Shown one piece after another: positions 25,348 through 37,535 of a DNA stretch of 64,000 nt (positions within the stretch are counted from its first letter, which is position 1; the number at the start of each line of letters is the position of its first letter). This stretch comes from Octopus sinensis (lineage: Eukaryota): assembly GCF_006345805.1 (NCBI RefSeq), contig NC_043001.1:78926001-78990000 (forward strand), given 5' to 3'. A program made the translations under genes and the position numbers. Under the pieces are notes generated by a model, which saw nothing but the letters and a program-made list of their open reading frames with translations, searched no databases and was not told where the DNA came from.

Positions 25348-25913
25348 CCTGTGTAGTCAAGTTCAACATAGATCAGATATTATCCCGGAAGGAAGGAGCA
25401 CAGGGAGTGTAGCAAGATGTTTGAAAGTTTGCCATACATTTCCAGTAACCATGGTTGGAGTGACGTCCATTTTTGAACGATACTAAACCCAAATGCAGAT
25501 AAAGGGAATGTCCAGTAGATTCTTGCTGTTATCTGTTATCACCAGATCTTTATACAAAATACTACACACAACTCTATTGAATACCATCATTAGAGTCGTA
25601 CTAATAATATCTTTGAGAGCCTGCATTCGATTTGTTCCACGTGACCAAAGCGACAAGTAAACAGACTCGAATAATAAACACAGCACGAAACCACACGCAA
25701 TGAAATAATTACACGAACAAACTATAAAACCTATATGCGGTCGTTTGACGTGCTAGAAGAAACAGCCAAATCGCCCTCAAACACACCACACCCATTTTAT
25801 TAAAATTGTCGAATGTACTAGATAAATTAATGACACTGTACACGTGCCAACACGCCGTTACACGCACAGAAAGTTCTATTAAACCAAGATGGCATACTGA
25901 GAAACCGTTGAGC

Positions 25914-25944
<31 letters not shown>

Positions 25945-26558
25945 ATATATATCGTCATACTCACACAGTTATATACACAGACAAAGCACACGAAAAGCAA
26001 CGATAAAGTTATCGATTGAATGAATTCAACCGAATTATTCATATCCGCTTCATTGAACCCAAAAGAAAAATTGGCTTTGGTTGTGTTTGAATTTAGAAAC
26101 TAAATATAATATTATATATAGTTTTTATTAACTATACACCTACGGCGTTATATTCTCCTATATGATCTATTTCAAAAATATCGGATATATGAACCTAGTT
26201 AATTATCGATCTATTTTATATTTTAATAAAAATACCTAGTAACAGGGCTTGGGGATGGCGATGCGGTTAAACACATTATTCGCAATCCAGAAGAACCTGT
26301 TAGAGATAGGAGGGTAAAAACTAGCTCAAAAAGATATGAGGTTGTTAAAATAAAGGTAGTCACACGCAGAAAATAGAAGGACCAAAGCTTTCTGAGGTTA
26401 AGTTAGGGCAATTTTCGCGCTAATAATAGCTCAGACAGAAACATTTTTTCACAACTCTCGTGTAATTAATGACGTATCAGCTTTTATAGAATTCTCTTCA
26501 TATGACGCTGTAGGGGACATATTCAATGTATCTATACAAACATACATACATGCATACA

Positions 26559-26590
<32 letters not shown>

Positions 26591-26660
26591 CATACATACA
26601 TACATACATACATACACACATAAATGCATACATACATATATACATACATACATATATACA

Positions 26661-27180
26661 TGATGGCTGTCCCCTCGTTATCGAGTATGGCCATTGAACG
26701 AGGCTTAACTGTTATTGGTGCTGTGATCGAATGTGACTTTTATTTGCTTTTGAAGGCTACATCCAGCCATTCAGTTGAGACTTACAACACCATCAACAAT
26801 CATGAACAATGTCGTTATCGTGCAATGCCTGTGCAGGAAGATTTCTTTTAAAGTGAGAAAAGGCTGTGCACCGAGTCAATCCCACTGACTAAGCAACAGT
26901 AGCCATAATCCGAAAAGAAGAACAAGTCAACATCATCGGTAACCACTAAGCCACAGATTTTATGTCAGAGTTATCCCAGTTACCTGAGTTACCTTCTCCT
27001 AGAAGTATGCTCTAACAAGGGCTAGGAATTCTTCACTTCCAATGTTTTATCCGCGCGATCGGGTATTCAGTCCGATTATTTCTATGACCCCGCGCATGAC
27101 ACAGCCTTAAGCCTTAAGAAAAATAAAATAAAATTACACATTTATTGGATGGCCCTTGACTCCCAAGAGTTCCTCCTCCT
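26661..27180 (-). mobile_element. Composite interspersed repeat (RTE-5'-region-like), copy 1, running into the start of a fold-back arm
   Basis: Homologous to 53805-54190 (ccccTCGTTATCGAGTATGG, ataatccgaaaagaagaacaagtcaacatcatcggtaaccact, cttctcctagaag). The RTE affinity and strand are inference from the tctaggagaag motif on the minus strand. Confidence 0.7.
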
Positions 27181-27260
27181 GTACATACATGCATGCATAC
27201 ATACATACATACATACATACATACATACATACATACATACATACATACATACATACATAC

Positions 27261-27470
27261 ACGAGGGAGTGCTTAAAAGTTTACAGTTTTGGGTAAAAGA
27301 AGATACAGGAGGATCAGTTGAGTATGAATTTATTCAACATATTCCCATCTCAGATTGAGACACTCATTGCAGCAGACCTTCTAAGCCCTGTAAAAGAACT
27401 CGGAAGGTTTGTCTCCAGCCAGGCCTTTCGCCATTCCCTAAAAGCCAGGAAATTTGCTGCACACTCTCGT
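27261..27470 (-). mobile_element. Mariner 3' end fragment
   Basis: TIR-like acgagggagtgcttaaaagttt. Minus strand TFRVLLQGLE followed by a region ending ...gggaatatgttgaataa (GEYVE*). Confidence 0.65.
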
Positions 27471-27522
27471 GTGTGTGTATGTGTAAGTATATATGAAGTA
27501 TATCTGTACACTTGTGCACACA

Positions 27523-27611
<89 letters not shown>

Positions 27612-27644
27612 TGTATGTATGTATGTATGTATGCATGTATACAC

Positions 27645-27962
27645 ATTACTTACCTTTGACGGATATTTGTGCTCATCTTGTTTGTTGTTAACATGTTTCG
27701 GCTGAAAACGCTTCCAGCCTTCATCAGGTGTCTTGGGGAAAATTCAAACCTGGGTTCTCATTCCTAAAGGATCTTTCGATGTTGTTATTATTATTATTTA
27801 TTATTATTATTATTATTATTATTGTTATTATTATTCAGGTCACTGCCTGGAATCGAACTCGGAATATGCCCACAGTCATATGGCGTAGTGGTTAAGAGCT
27901 CTGGCTACTAAGCACAATATTCCGAGTTCGATTCCAGTCAGTGATCTGAATAATAATAATAA
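27645..27962. mobile_element. Fold-back tRNA-headed element with hammerhead-like tail, locus 1
   Basis: Left arm (minus strand): CTGATGA(27727-27721)-a-GGCTG...CAGCC-GAAAC(27699-27695), an (AAT)n linker and a B-box. Axis atatgccc-ac-agtcatat. Right arm (plus strand): A-box tggcgtagtgg, B-box gagttcgattcc, (AAT)n. Confidence 0.8.
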
Positions 27963-27964
27963 TA

Positions 27965-28067
27965 ATCTTCTTTTCTTCTTCTTCTTCTTCTTCTTTTTCT
28001 TCTTCTTCTGCTTCCTCTTCTTTTTCTTCTTCTTCTTCTTCTTCTTCTTCTTCTTCTTCTTCTTCTT

Positions 28068-28098
<31 letters not shown>

Positions 28099-28114
28099 TT
28101 ATTATGTTATTAGT

Positions 28115-28166
<52 letters not shown>

Positions 28167-28211
28167 TGTACTGATGGAGGCAGTGGCAGTGGTAGTAGTA
28201 GTAGTAGTAGT

Positions 28212-28264
<53 letters not shown>

Positions 28265-28269
28265 TAGTC

Positions 28270-28325
<56 letters not shown>

Positions 28326-28590
28326 CTGTCGTTATTGTAGCAGCAGTGGGATTCAACATTAAATCCATATAGCATGTAATAATATGCAAAGAAATTAGCA
28401 AATTGAGATTGTTGGATAATTATAAATATTCATGTCGTCATTACAGAAACAGTTTTGCCTTTCAGAAATCGCTAGACATTAAGAAATTAGAAAGGTGAAA
28501 AACAAAACAGTCGCAATGAATTGAAAAAAAATTAATGTAATAAATTAAATAATAATAATAATGATGTTGATGATGATGATGATAATGATG

Positions 28591-28688
<98 letters not shown>

Positions 28689-28710
28689 TAATAATAATAA
28701 TAATAATAAG
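27965..28710. repeat. Cluster of trinucleotide arrays (CTT, TAG/CAG, AAT/GAT)
   Basis: Direct reading. Confidence 0.95.
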
Positions 28711-28967
28711 GGGCTGATTGCTACCTAACTCAGATACCAGGAAACCCAAAAATGGCAGAAATCTCAGGGTTTAAAAGAAACTTTTTTTCTTTTTCTTTTT
28801 TTAGACATCCCCTTATACAACACAAAAAACAACCAAATATATGGCACACTAGGCATAACAACAATGTGAACTTCCAACCTGTTGTCTCTTGAGATCTCCG
28901 GGTGAGACTTGGAGCCAACCTGTACAAATATAAAGCAAAAGTCAAGCATAATAATAATAATGATAAC

Positions 28968-29026
<59 letters not shown>

Positions 29027-29054
29027 TAATAATAACAATAATGAATACCCTGAC

Positions 29055-29630
29055 GTAGTACCAAGCAGTAGCTTTCATGGCTTCCCATATTAACTGATTA
29101 GGAGTATTATCATGTACATTGCTTTGTTTTGGTATAAAATATGGGCTACAGCAAATATGCTGCTCTATATCACAGATATGCTCGTCAGTTGTTTGACCAT
29201 AACCAGTTGAGCATGTCCATTATTGGCTGAATATATGGGCATCTCTGCTCACCAGCAGAATTGGGCTGGGTGAATCATAGCCATGTGTTGAGAGGAATTC
29301 ATTGGGGTTTGAATTATTCACCTCAGGAAACATGGGTGTTTCGTTCAACCTCCTCAAACAACTCTTATTCAGGGATCTTTTGAGGGGTACGGGCTACTCG
29401 ACTTAAATAAAATATTAACTGGGCCCCCCATCTGCAAGACCATGCACTGATTATCTTGATATGAGATCACCATGTCACGCACATATGGTTGTGATGCATG
29501 TGCCTGGTGTACCCTTATCAAACAGTCATGATGGATATACTGGGCTTCGTATATTTTCCCCCAGTGTCACTTTGATGGCAAGCACTGCTCTTTCACGCAA
29601 CAACAACAACAACAACAACAATAATAATAA
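29055..29630 (+). mobile_element. Repeat family C with intact 3' end and (AAC/AAT)n tail
   Basis: Starts after (AAT)n at 28948-29045 and ends cactgctctttcacgcaacaacaac...aataataat. Homologous to 12296-12720 and 44594-44992. Confidence 0.88.
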
Positions 29631-29679
29631 TCTTTTCTACGTTAGGCACAAAGCCTGGATTTTTTTCTTGTGTGTATAG

Positions 29680-29811
29680 TGGGGGATACTTAATCTATAG
29701 ATCTCGAAATAATAAAAGGCAAAATTCGAGCTCGGCGGAATTTGAACTGAGAAGGTAGCGACGGGCGATTACCGCTGAGCATATCGCCTAGGCGATTCTA
29801 CTAGCTCGCCG

Positions 29812-29812
<1 letters not shown>
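29680..29812 (-). mobile_element. SINE family A, degraded
   Basis: aaaggcaaaattcgagctcggcggaatttgaactgagaa...ctagctcgccgc. Confidence 0.75.
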
Positions 29813-29883
<71 letters not shown>

Positions 29884-30654
29884 TGATGATGATGATGAGG
29901 AGGAGGAGGAGGAGGAGGGGAAGGAGGAGAATGGGTTAGGAGAAAGATTTCTTTGATTTCACAAAATGTTTTAGAACGGGGTCAACACAATGACAGTCTA
30001 TAATTTGTGTGTGGATTTACATGAAACGCGAGAGCAAAGGAAAGTGAAAGACGGAGAAATGATGTAAATCTCCTGAGATAACAGAACATAAAAATTGGGC
30101 CAATCAAGCAACACTACAGATCCAGTATTTTCTCGACCATCAAAAGCACTAACTCCTGCCCAACTGCTCTTCTTCGATCTTCAAACGCATGCTTCATTCC
30201 CTGTGGAACTAGAAAAAAGTCGATGAGGCCTTGATCGAAGAGGAAGGCATCTTTTGTCCGTCATTTCAACTTGTTGTGGAAGGTTCCTGACCATCCCAGT
30301 GCATTTTAGTAAAATATAGGAACTGGGTGAACTGACAAGTAGTTGACAGAGTAGTTGACTGCGGTACATTCGACAGTGCACAGTTGACAGTGGCACACTT
30401 GACAGCGTTAATCGTCCCTATTGTTTACCGTGTTAGTTTAATATCGTAACTACATTTGGAGACGTACGGAGTGCTTTCTGTGTGAACATATTAATTTTGC
30501 GAAAGGATATTCTAGATAACCACATCCAAATATATACTTGGATAATACTAGTCTTACATCCGACGGGCAAAGCTCACATAATAACAAAAATTGCACTTCA
30601 TGTTAACGTCGTGGAGGGGAGAAGATACGATGTTGTAAAAGCGACAATATCTTT

Positions 30655-31045
30655 TACTTTCCTCTTGTTTTAGTCATGAGACTGCAGCCATACTGGGGCT
30701 CCGATTTTAAAATTTGTAGTCGAATGAATCCACCCCAGTTTTATTTAATGTTTAAAGCCTAGTACTTATTTTATCCATCTATTGCCGAACCACTAAGTTA
30801 GGGGAATGTAAATCCACCAGCACCTTTTGTCAAGCAGTAGTGGAGGTCAAAAGTAAACACAAAACACACATACACATGTGTCGGGTTTCTTTCAGTTTCC
30901 ACCTGCCAAATACACTCGCAAAGCTTTGGTCGGCTCAAAGATGTAGTTGAAGACACTTTAACAAGGTGCCACGCAGTGGTAACTCAGCCCAGAACCATGT
31001 GGTTGGGAAGCAAACTTCTTACTGCACATCCACGCATGCGCCCAT
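30655..31045 (-). mobile_element. SINE family B, degraded full-length
   Basis: gactgcagccatactgggg...gccgaaccactaagtta...cagtttccacctgccaaat...aaggtgccacgcagtgg. Confidence 0.85.
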
Positions 31046-32148
31046 TATTGTTTGTAATAATATGGTTATTGGCCAGAATCGCCCAAACGTAGCAATCTTC
31101 ATACATATATCATATATAGGATAGAAAGGGGAAAACGTACCGTAAATAGAAGGGAATAAGTTTTTAAAATATTATTACGGATGCGAAATTACTAAAACGT
31201 TTTTGAATTATACTCAAAGCAATGTGAAATTACGAACTAGGAATGGCGAAGTAATAACACGTCACTAACTACCACACATTTTATATTCTGGAAACTGAGT
31301 TCTAAAATTTTATAAGCATGAACAGCTGTACATCCTCTGGCTGGAAATGTTTGGTTTAGACATTGGTTGTGATTTTCAGCATCCATCGCTCTTCTACAGG
31401 CGCATGTTATTCAACCAGCCTTAACATCCCAAACGTAAACTTATCCTACAGTATAGTAATTCTGTTTAGCTTCAACGGCAGCTCATATCGTCAAAGATTA
31501 TCTCTTCAGATTCCTGAAAAGCACATTATCTCAATAGTCGGGTAGGACGCCTCTTCTTTAAAGACTCCCAACATTTTGGCTATCTTTAAATCTTGGTTCC
31601 ATTTACTTGCCTTTATTTTACTGCAACCATATCCCTATAGTTTTCATATTCTCATCCGTACAGTCATGGCTGTTCGGTTAAGAAGCTGTCTTTGTAACCT
31701 CGTACTTTTGGCTTCAATCCCATTGCACCTTGGGCAATTGTCTTCTACTATAGACCCAGGACTATTAATATTTTGTGAGTTAATTTGATTGACAGAAGTT
31801 ATGTAGAAGTCCACCGTATATATATTTCTGCGTGTGTATGTGTTTGCGTCCGCTTGATAACTGCTGTTGGCTGGACTACATTCACACAACTTAGCGGGTC
31901 AGCAAAAAAAGTCGATTGAATATATATGCGGGCAATCTTTTCGACTAGAATACTTCAAATCGGTATGTCAACACGGTCACTGTCCAGTGATTGTAGTAAG
32001 AAAACACTACAGATTTATCCATCTCCTTCAACTACATACTTCTTGATATTTTGGAATAGAACTACTGTTCAGAAAATCTGAAAGAAGTGACCTCTAATTT
32101 CAGTAACTTACCTCGACGTTGCCTCGTCCTTTTCAAAATAGACTTACA

Positions 32149-32533
32149 TCTCTCTATATATAAACGGCAGTTTGTCTGTGCGTGTTTCTGTGTGTCTATT
32201 TGCTTGTACCCTCACCCTGACCACGGCTTTCAACCGATTCTGATGAAACTTGACACACACATAGCCCAATGTCATAATTCAAAACGAACGCAGCGAAAAG
32301 TTTGAAAAGTTCCCCCAGTTCTGAAAAAAATCGATAAATTCGACATGGGGTCGAGAATCAGAAACACAAACCACAAACTGTCTAGGGGACGCAACTCCAC
32401 CTTATTTTAAATCTCAAAAAAAATTTACCATCATTTTTTTCCATTTTTTTGCTATTTTTTGGCTATAACTCTCTAAAAATGCTTTATAGTTATTTCCCTT
32501 ACAAACCTGAGCAACGCCGGGCGATACTGCTAG
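32149..32533 (+). mobile_element. Non-autonomous Helitron, copy 3
   Basis: A|TCTCTCTATATATAAACGGCAG...cctgagcaacgccggg-cgatactg-CTAG|T: 5' TC, 3' hairpin plus CTAG, A/T insertion site. Confidence 0.9.
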
Positions 32534-32624
32534 TATCTGTATAAAAGTCATGGGTAGAATAAATTTCTCAGAAGTTTGATCCAATAAGGTCGGCTTTAGG
32601 GTTAACAACATCAGCAATAAAAAC

Positions 32625-32625
32625 G

Positions 32626-32666
<41 letters not shown>

Positions 32667-32813
32667 CGCTGCTGCTGTTGCTGCAGTTGAAACTGTTGTT
32701 GCTACATATGATAATCATTCCTGATGTGGGGATTGGTTACAAATTCAAGCGATCAGAACGTGAGTGATACTATCAAAAATACAATCACAATGTTTTTAAA
32801 TGTAGTGGTAGTG

Positions 32814-32862
<49 letters not shown>

Positions 32863-33544
32863 AAGTGGTGGTGGTGGTGGTGGTGGTGGTAGTAGTAGTA
32901 GTAGCAGTAGCAGGTACATTGAAAGTTATTTCTAGAACCCTATTGTCACTGTTAAAGCAATGGATGTAGGTAAGATAACATATAATGGTGGTGGTGATGA
33001 TAATGATGATGAAGATGATGATGATGATGATAATAAGGATGATGGTAGTGTTGTTGTTGTTGTTAGTGATGGTGAGGAGCCGCAGAAGGATGATGCGGAG
33101 GAGAAGGAGGAGGAAGTGGTAGAAGAGGATAACAATGATAATTATTCGTTATACTATAATCACGGAAACAGACATTTCGTGGGTGGGGCTAGTCGCTTAC
33201 ATGGACCCCAATGCTTGACTGGTAGTTAAATTATCGACCCCGGAATGATGAAAAGCGAAATCAATCTCGACGGAAATTGAACAGAGAAATAAAAGTACCG
33301 GAAGTAAATCCAACCATTATGTCAAGAATTATATCCGAGGTTCTGACCATTCTGCCAACTTGTCACCATATAAAAGATTTCAGATTTCAGCAAAACGCCA
33401 CAGTATTCAGGGGCAGGAATCGATCCAAGTACTCAACCTGTACTTGTTTCGCTGTCTCACTGTCTTAATGATGAAGGCGATAACAACAACAACAACAACA
33501 ACAACGTCGACGACAACGATGATGATGATGATGATGATGATGAC

Positions 33545-33583
<39 letters not shown>

Positions 33584-33710
33584 AACGACGATGACGACAA
33601 CGACGGTGTTAATGCTGCCCCTGCTGCTGCTGCTGCCACTGCTGCTGCCACTACTACTGCTTCAGACGATGATGAAGATGTTGATGAGGATGACGGTTGG
33701 TGTGTTGGTA
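32625..33710. repeat. Region of multiple trinucleotide arrays (CTA, GTA/GTG, GAT, AAC, CTG) with an embedded SINE-A fragment (about 33160-33300, minus)
   Basis: Direct reading. Confidence 0.85.
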
Positions 33711-33744
33711 GTTATGATGCTGAATTGGAGTTGATGATGACGAC

Positions 33745-33819
<75 letters not shown>

Positions 33820-33827
33820 AGTGTGAG

Positions 33828-34035
33828 TGTCTGTGTTTGTTCCCCCAAACATCGCTTGACAACCGATGCTGGTGTGTTTACGTCCCTGTAACTTAGCGAT
33901 TCGGCAAAAGACACCGATGAAATAAGTACTAGGCTTACAAAGAAAAAGACTTGTGGTCGATTTCCTCGACTGAATGTGGTGGTCCAGTATGGCCGCAGTC
34001 AAATGACTGAAACAAGTAAAAGGGTAAAAGAGTAA
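33828..34035 (+). mobile_element. SINE family B, 3' half
   Basis: cgcttgacaaccgatgctggtgtgtttacgtccc...accgatgaaataagtactagg...gtatggccgcagtcaaatgactgaaacaagtaaa. Confidence 0.88.
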
Positions 34036-34802
34036 AGAGTATATATATATATATATGAATATGGGAATGGTGACGGCGGTTGCTGTGGTGGTGGTGGTGG
34101 TTGTGGTGGTGGTGGTTGTGGTGGTGGTGGTTGTGGTGGTGGTGGTTGTGTTGGTGACGGTTGTGGTGGCGACAGCGTTCATAGCGGTCTTTATGGTGTT
34201 GGTTTTGGTGTTTATTCGACCGCCATGAGTGTTCCTTGAAAATGTATTCTCTCACGTGGTGGGGAGATCCGAAAACCTTCAGCTATTTTAAATAATTAAT
34301 GAACCACAGTTTAGATTCTAGATTATTGCTATTTTTGTACTACATTGCTTTGACATTTCGTTGTTGTTATGGTTATTATTGCTGCCGTTGTTATTGTTGT
34401 TAACGTTGTTGTTGTTGCTATTGTTGTTGTTTTTGTTGTTGTTCCTACTGATGCTGTTGTTATTATTCTGGTTTGTTCTTATTACTTAGCCCCAGTGAAA
34501 TATGTCCGAGTTTAATTATCACAACAGCGGGAACCTAATTGATCAATTGTTCCACTATCATTTGTTCCCCGTGTTTCTCTGTTTCTCTGTCATGCAAGTC
34601 TTGCTATCTATCATGCAAGCCATCACCTCAACCTGTGAATCATTGCAACATAACCACACTTGCATACATCTATAACACGAGGCTTGCACTTGAGGGTTAG
34701 GCAATATTTCATACTTAGTCTGCCATTGTTGACCATCTACGCAGCTACAAATGTTACACGCATTAACTAATTCCTTACATAGTTATAGTAAGGTGTGAAA
34801 GA

Positions 34803-34970
34803 ACGTGGTCCTGTTGTTAAGGTATTCGCACTCAGGTTCGTAAGGTTGTTGTTTCGATTCCCGGGTCAGGCTACGAGTTGTGTCCCTGTTTAAAATGTTT
34901 CATTTCATATTGGTCCTGATAGACGGTAAATGTGTAACCCTGCGATGCACAGACGTCCCTATCAGGAGGT
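34803..34970 (+). mobile_element. Degraded tRNA-headed SINE (family V)
   Basis: cgtggtcctgttgttaagg...gtttcgattccc...ttgtgtccctg...accctgcgatgcacagacgtcc. Related to 51912-52217. Confidence 0.55.
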
Positions 34971-35072
34971 TTGCTGCGATTTCTGTTTACTTATACATCA
35001 TGGAAAACAGATGACTCTCCCTGTGAATCCTCGAACTCGAGACATACTTTATTTGTAGCTATAGTAAGGAAC

Positions 35073-35114
<42 letters not shown>

Positions 35115-35464
35115 TTCTCTCTTTCTCTCTAAAACAGACACACTCAAAAACACTCACACACACACACATTTCTGATCTTTTCCATGAAAAGAATCAACTA
35201 TGAATACTGAATTGGCAGCGATTAATTTACTGCAACACTCTGCTTTCTATATGGTTGCTATAACGAGGTTTGCCATTCTTTTCTAACTAGTTACAATTTC
35301 TTCTTCAACCAATTTGTAACAGCTCTCTCTCTTTCTCTCTTCCTCGCCTACTTTCTATTGTTTTACTCCCATCAAAACTTGCTTTAAGCAATTACTTTTA
35401 CATACTTTTAATCCCTAGTACTTTTAATCCTTCATATATCCCATTTTCTTGCTCCTGATTAACC

Positions 35465-36145
35465 CGAGTCCTCCACACAGAATTGTCCTTGTTCGCCCCC
35501 TCTGTGTTTAGCTCCTTGTGGGTAGAAAAGAAATAGGTATTTCGTCTGCCGATACGTTCTGAGTTCAAATTCCGCCGAGGTCGACTGTGCCTTTCATCCT
35601 TTTGGGGTCGATAAATTAAGTACCAGTTACGCACTGGGGTCTATGTAATCGACCTTATCCCTTTATCTGTCCTTGTTTGTCCCCTCTATGTTTAGCCCCT
35701 TGTGGGCAGTAAAAGAAATAACGAACCATTAGCACTTTGGACGAAATGCTTAATGGTATTTCGTCTTGTCTTTATGTTCCGAGATCAAATTCCGCCGAGG
35801 TCAACTTTACCTTTCACCATTTTGGGGTCGATAAATTAAATACCAGTTGCGCACTGGGGTCGATCTAATTGACTAGCCCCCTCCCCGAATATTCCGGTCC
35901 TTGTGCCTAGGGTAGAAAAGAATATTTTAAGACGGAAAGCTGGCAGAAAGTTTAGGACACTGGGCGAAATACTTAGCGGAATTTCGGCTGTCTTTACATT
36001 CTGAGTTCAAATTCCGCCGAGGTCAACTTTGCCCTTTCATCATTTCGGGGTCAATAAATTGAGTACCAGTTGCGTACTGGGGTCGATCTAATCGACTAGA
36101 CCCCTCCCCCAAATTTGTGGCCTTGTGCCCAGAGTAGAAAAGAAT
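35465..36145 (+). mobile_element. Head-to-tail array of SINE family A (leading tail plus three bodies)
   Basis: Three aaattccgccgaggtc...ttt(t/c)ggggtc(g/a)ataaatt...accagttg/acgcactggggtc modules. Confidence 0.92.
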
Positions 36146-37122
36146 ATACTCACGTTCGTCTGCAAACGCCATAAACCATGTTCCTCCTTCTACTAAATTG
36201 TCGTTAAACAATATAAGTATATCAGCAGTGCACTCATCAAAATCGTGCTTTTGGTCATGTTCATTAAGCTAACTTGATCTCAAACTCAGTCATCATGGAT
36301 CGTTTCGAATTATTTTTTGTTTTTGATTGAAATGATTGTAACAAATGAGAATATAAAGCAATCTTGGATACAACAAATACTTCTTTAGTTTTGCCTTTCG
36401 ATCTTATGCATAATACATAGTCTCTTCTTAAGGACCTTCTATTGAGGAAGTTTTGTGAGAACGCATATTTCTCTCACATTTTGCTGATTTTAGTATCCTT
36501 GATTTAAATTTTCCGTTATGCTTGTTGTCCATCGCCAGATCGAGATCGATATAAAGGTTTTAAATCGACGTATTCTGGTTTCAGATTTCCTTTAGAAACC
36601 ATTTTAATTCCCTTCCAATATTACTGTTCGTGAAAAATATTGGATGTTAGATTTACGTTTTCTTAAAAAGATAAATAATGTAACGCAGACGAATAAATCA
36701 GATGTTAGTCCTATCCAGCGCTATTCTATAATTTTACTTGATTAGCACATAACAGATTAGATGTTAAATTCTCTAATATTGAACTGATCATTTAGAAGGG
36801 CAGGATTTTATTAGTCAAATCAGCACAACAAGGTATAATGAATTTAATTTGATCATTCAATCGAATGTATTATGAATAAAATTTGATCAATTGAGTGAGA
36901 CATCAAGTACAAAACAACTTTTTTTTCATAATCGACTATAGAATACAGCCTTTATACAATTACATGGTTTATTTGATAGAGTAAGCACATGAGAGTATAA
37001 TCTGAAAAAAGGCAAATGACATTATTATCTTAAAAAGTGAGACAGCTAGGGATGGCTTAGTCATCGATACACTGAAATTATTTCATTATAGCTGTGCGGG
37101 TAAGATTTGAACTGTGTTTGAA

Positions 37123-37535
37123 AGGCGGCGAGCTGGCAGAAACGTTAGTACGCCGGGCGAAATGCTTAGCCGTATTTCGTCCGTCTTTACGCTTTGAGTC
37201 CAAATTCCGTCGAGGTCGACTTTGCCTTTCATCCTTTCGGGGTCGATTAAATAAGTACCAGTTACGCACTGGAGTCGATATAATCGACTTAATCCGTTTG
37301 TCTGTCCTTGTTTGTCCTCTCTTTGTTTAGCCCCTTGTGGATAGTAAAGAAATAGGCATTTCGTTTGCCGCTACGTTCTGAGTTCAAATCCACCGAGGTC
37401 GACTTTGCCTTTCATCCTTTCGGGCTCGATAAATTAAGTACCAGTTACGCACTGGGGTCGATGTAATCGACTTAATCCGTTTGTCTGCCCTTGTTTGTCC
37501 CCTCTGTGTGTAGCCCCTTGTGGGTAGTAATGAAA
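37123..37535 (+). mobile_element. Tandem pair of SINE family A (full head, then a 5'-truncated copy)
   Basis: aggcggcgagctggcagaaacgttag (A-box-like), gagtccaaattcc (B-box-like). The second unit starts at aaagaaataggcatttcg. Confidence 0.93.

Noticed and set aside
24500-25369. Long ORFs (289 aa poly-S; 142 aa poly-M/E; 97 aa poly-K/E)
   Set aside because: They are translations of a GAA/GAT microsatellite open in several frames on both strands, with no non-repetitive domain or splice support.
27866-27950. tRNA gene
   Set aside because: A and B boxes are present but there is no proper acceptor stem or cloverleaf, and it is embedded in a repeated element. It is a SINE head.
35465-37535. Regularly recurring repeats as a CRISPR-like array
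   Set aside because: The units are about 200-bp SINE bodies without unique spacers, in eukaryotic DNA with no cas genes.
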